The position numbers were made by a program, and so were the translations under genes. DNA of 64,000 nt from Octopus bimaculoides (lineage: Eukaryota): assembly GCF_001194135.2 (NCBI RefSeq), contig NC_068990.1, forward strand, positions 78,570,139 through 78,634,138. The letters run 5' to 3'. Shown here piece after piece: positions 62,763 through 64,000 of the stretch. The notes beneath the pieces were generated by a model. That model did no database searches and had not been told where the DNA came from. It was given only the letters and a program-made list of their open reading frames with translations. Numbering within the stretch: position 1 is the first letter of the stretch; every line of letters begins with the position of its first letter.

Positions 62763-64000
62763 ATATCTGGCAATGTCGGCTATAGCCTAGTCACCCGTAT
62801 TACGAACCAGGTGATACACGAAGGAGTCATACCCAATGACTGGTGTAGCAGCACCATAATCAACTGCTACAAAGGTAAAGGTGACGCTTTAGATACAAAT
62901 AATTACAGAGGTATCAAGCTTTTAGATCAGGTAATGAAAGTCACGGAGAGGGCCATAGCTCAACTGCTTAGGGAGCGAGTCAGTTTAGATGAGATGCAGT
63001 TTGGGTTTGTGCCTGGTAAGACAGCTTCAGGAGAAATACCTAGCCAAGGATAAACCTCTGTTCCTGGCTTTTGTTGATATGGAGAAAGCCTTTGNNNNNN
63101 NNNNNNNNNNNNNNNNNNNNNNNNNNNNNNNNNNNNNNNNNNNNNNNNNNNNNNNNNNNNNNNNNNNNNNNNNNNNNNNNNNNNNNNNNNNNNNNNNNNN
63201 NNNNNNNNNNNNNNNNNNNNNNNNNNNNNNNNNNNNNNNNNNNNNNNNNNNNNNNNNNNNNNNNNNNNNNNNNNNNNNNNNNNNNNNNNNNNNNNNNNNN
63301 NNNNNNNNNNNNNNNNNNNNNNNNNNNNNNNNNNNNNNNNNNNNNNNNNNNNNNNNNNNNNNNNNNNNNNNNNNNNNNNNNNNNNNNNNNNNNNNNNNNN
63401 NNNNNNNNNNNNNNNNNNNNNNNNNNNNNNNNNNNNNNNNATAGTTCTCCAGGCCATAACAGAGGAATTCAAGACAGGATGCCCCTGGGAGCTCCTCTAT
63501 GCTGATGACCTTGCACTAATTGCTGAGTCACTATCACAATTAGAGGAGAAGTTTCAGGTATGGAAGCAAGGACTAGAACTGAAGGGCCTTAGAGTCAACC
63601 TAGCTAAAACCAAAGTCCTCATAAGTAGGAAGGCAGACAAAACACAAACCCCTTCGGGTAGATGGCCCTGCTCAATCTGTAGAAAAGGAGTGGGAAGTAA
63701 CTCTATAAGATGCACCCAGTGCAAGCTATGGACACATAAGAGGTGCAGCAATATCAAAGGAAGGTTAACTAGGAAGTTAGTTGTTTGCAGCAGATGTTCT
63801 GGAGCTATAAATACTGAGAATGTGCAGAAAACAACTTCTGCTACATTCCAGGGAGAAAAACTAGAAGTGGTTGATAGCTTCCGCTATCTTGGTGACCAAA
63901 TTAGCAGTGGAGGTGGGTGCACTGAAAGCGTAGCTGCTAGAATTAGAATAGCCTGGGCAAAGTTCAGAGAGCTCTTACCTCTGCTGGCGACAAAGGGTCT
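62763..64000 (+). mobile_element. RTE-clade LINE RT region, 5'-truncated, running off the window (346-N gap inside)
   Basis: NYRGIKLLDQVMKV, QFGFVPGK, FVDMEKAF, LLYADDL (YADD at 63498-63509), GLRVNLAKTK, FRYLGD. The frame is open from 63441 to the window end. Confidence 0.95.

Overview
AT-rich, microsatellite-dense eukaryotic DNA with assembly gaps. The repeat repertoire (tRNA-derived SINEs, RTE, R4/Dong and CR1-type LINEs, piggyBac/hAT MITEs, mariner) suggests an octopus/cephalopod genome; this is an inference. I found no intact host protein-coding gene, so the window reads as a long intron or gene desert, and all recognisable coding sequence is decayed transposon. Best leads: (1) a minimal type I hammerhead-ribozyme motif in the loop of a 73-bp inverted repeat (76-296); (2) a CCAAT + four-unit heat-shock element + TATA cassette inside a piggyBac-like MITE (34817-35270); (3) an internally deleted RTE LINE ending in three C2H2 zinc-finger remnants, split by a second RTE (20073-22300); (4) a PHD-type finger inside an RTE reverse transcriptase (63669-63797); (5) an alternating SINE/Dong array built on TAA microsatellites (2285-5748); (6) a candidate non-coding exon whose splice sites can base-pair with each other (6541-6617). 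Everything was read by eye without database searches, so family names are recalled and need confirmation, and repeat boundaries are approximate unless TIRs or TSDs are given.
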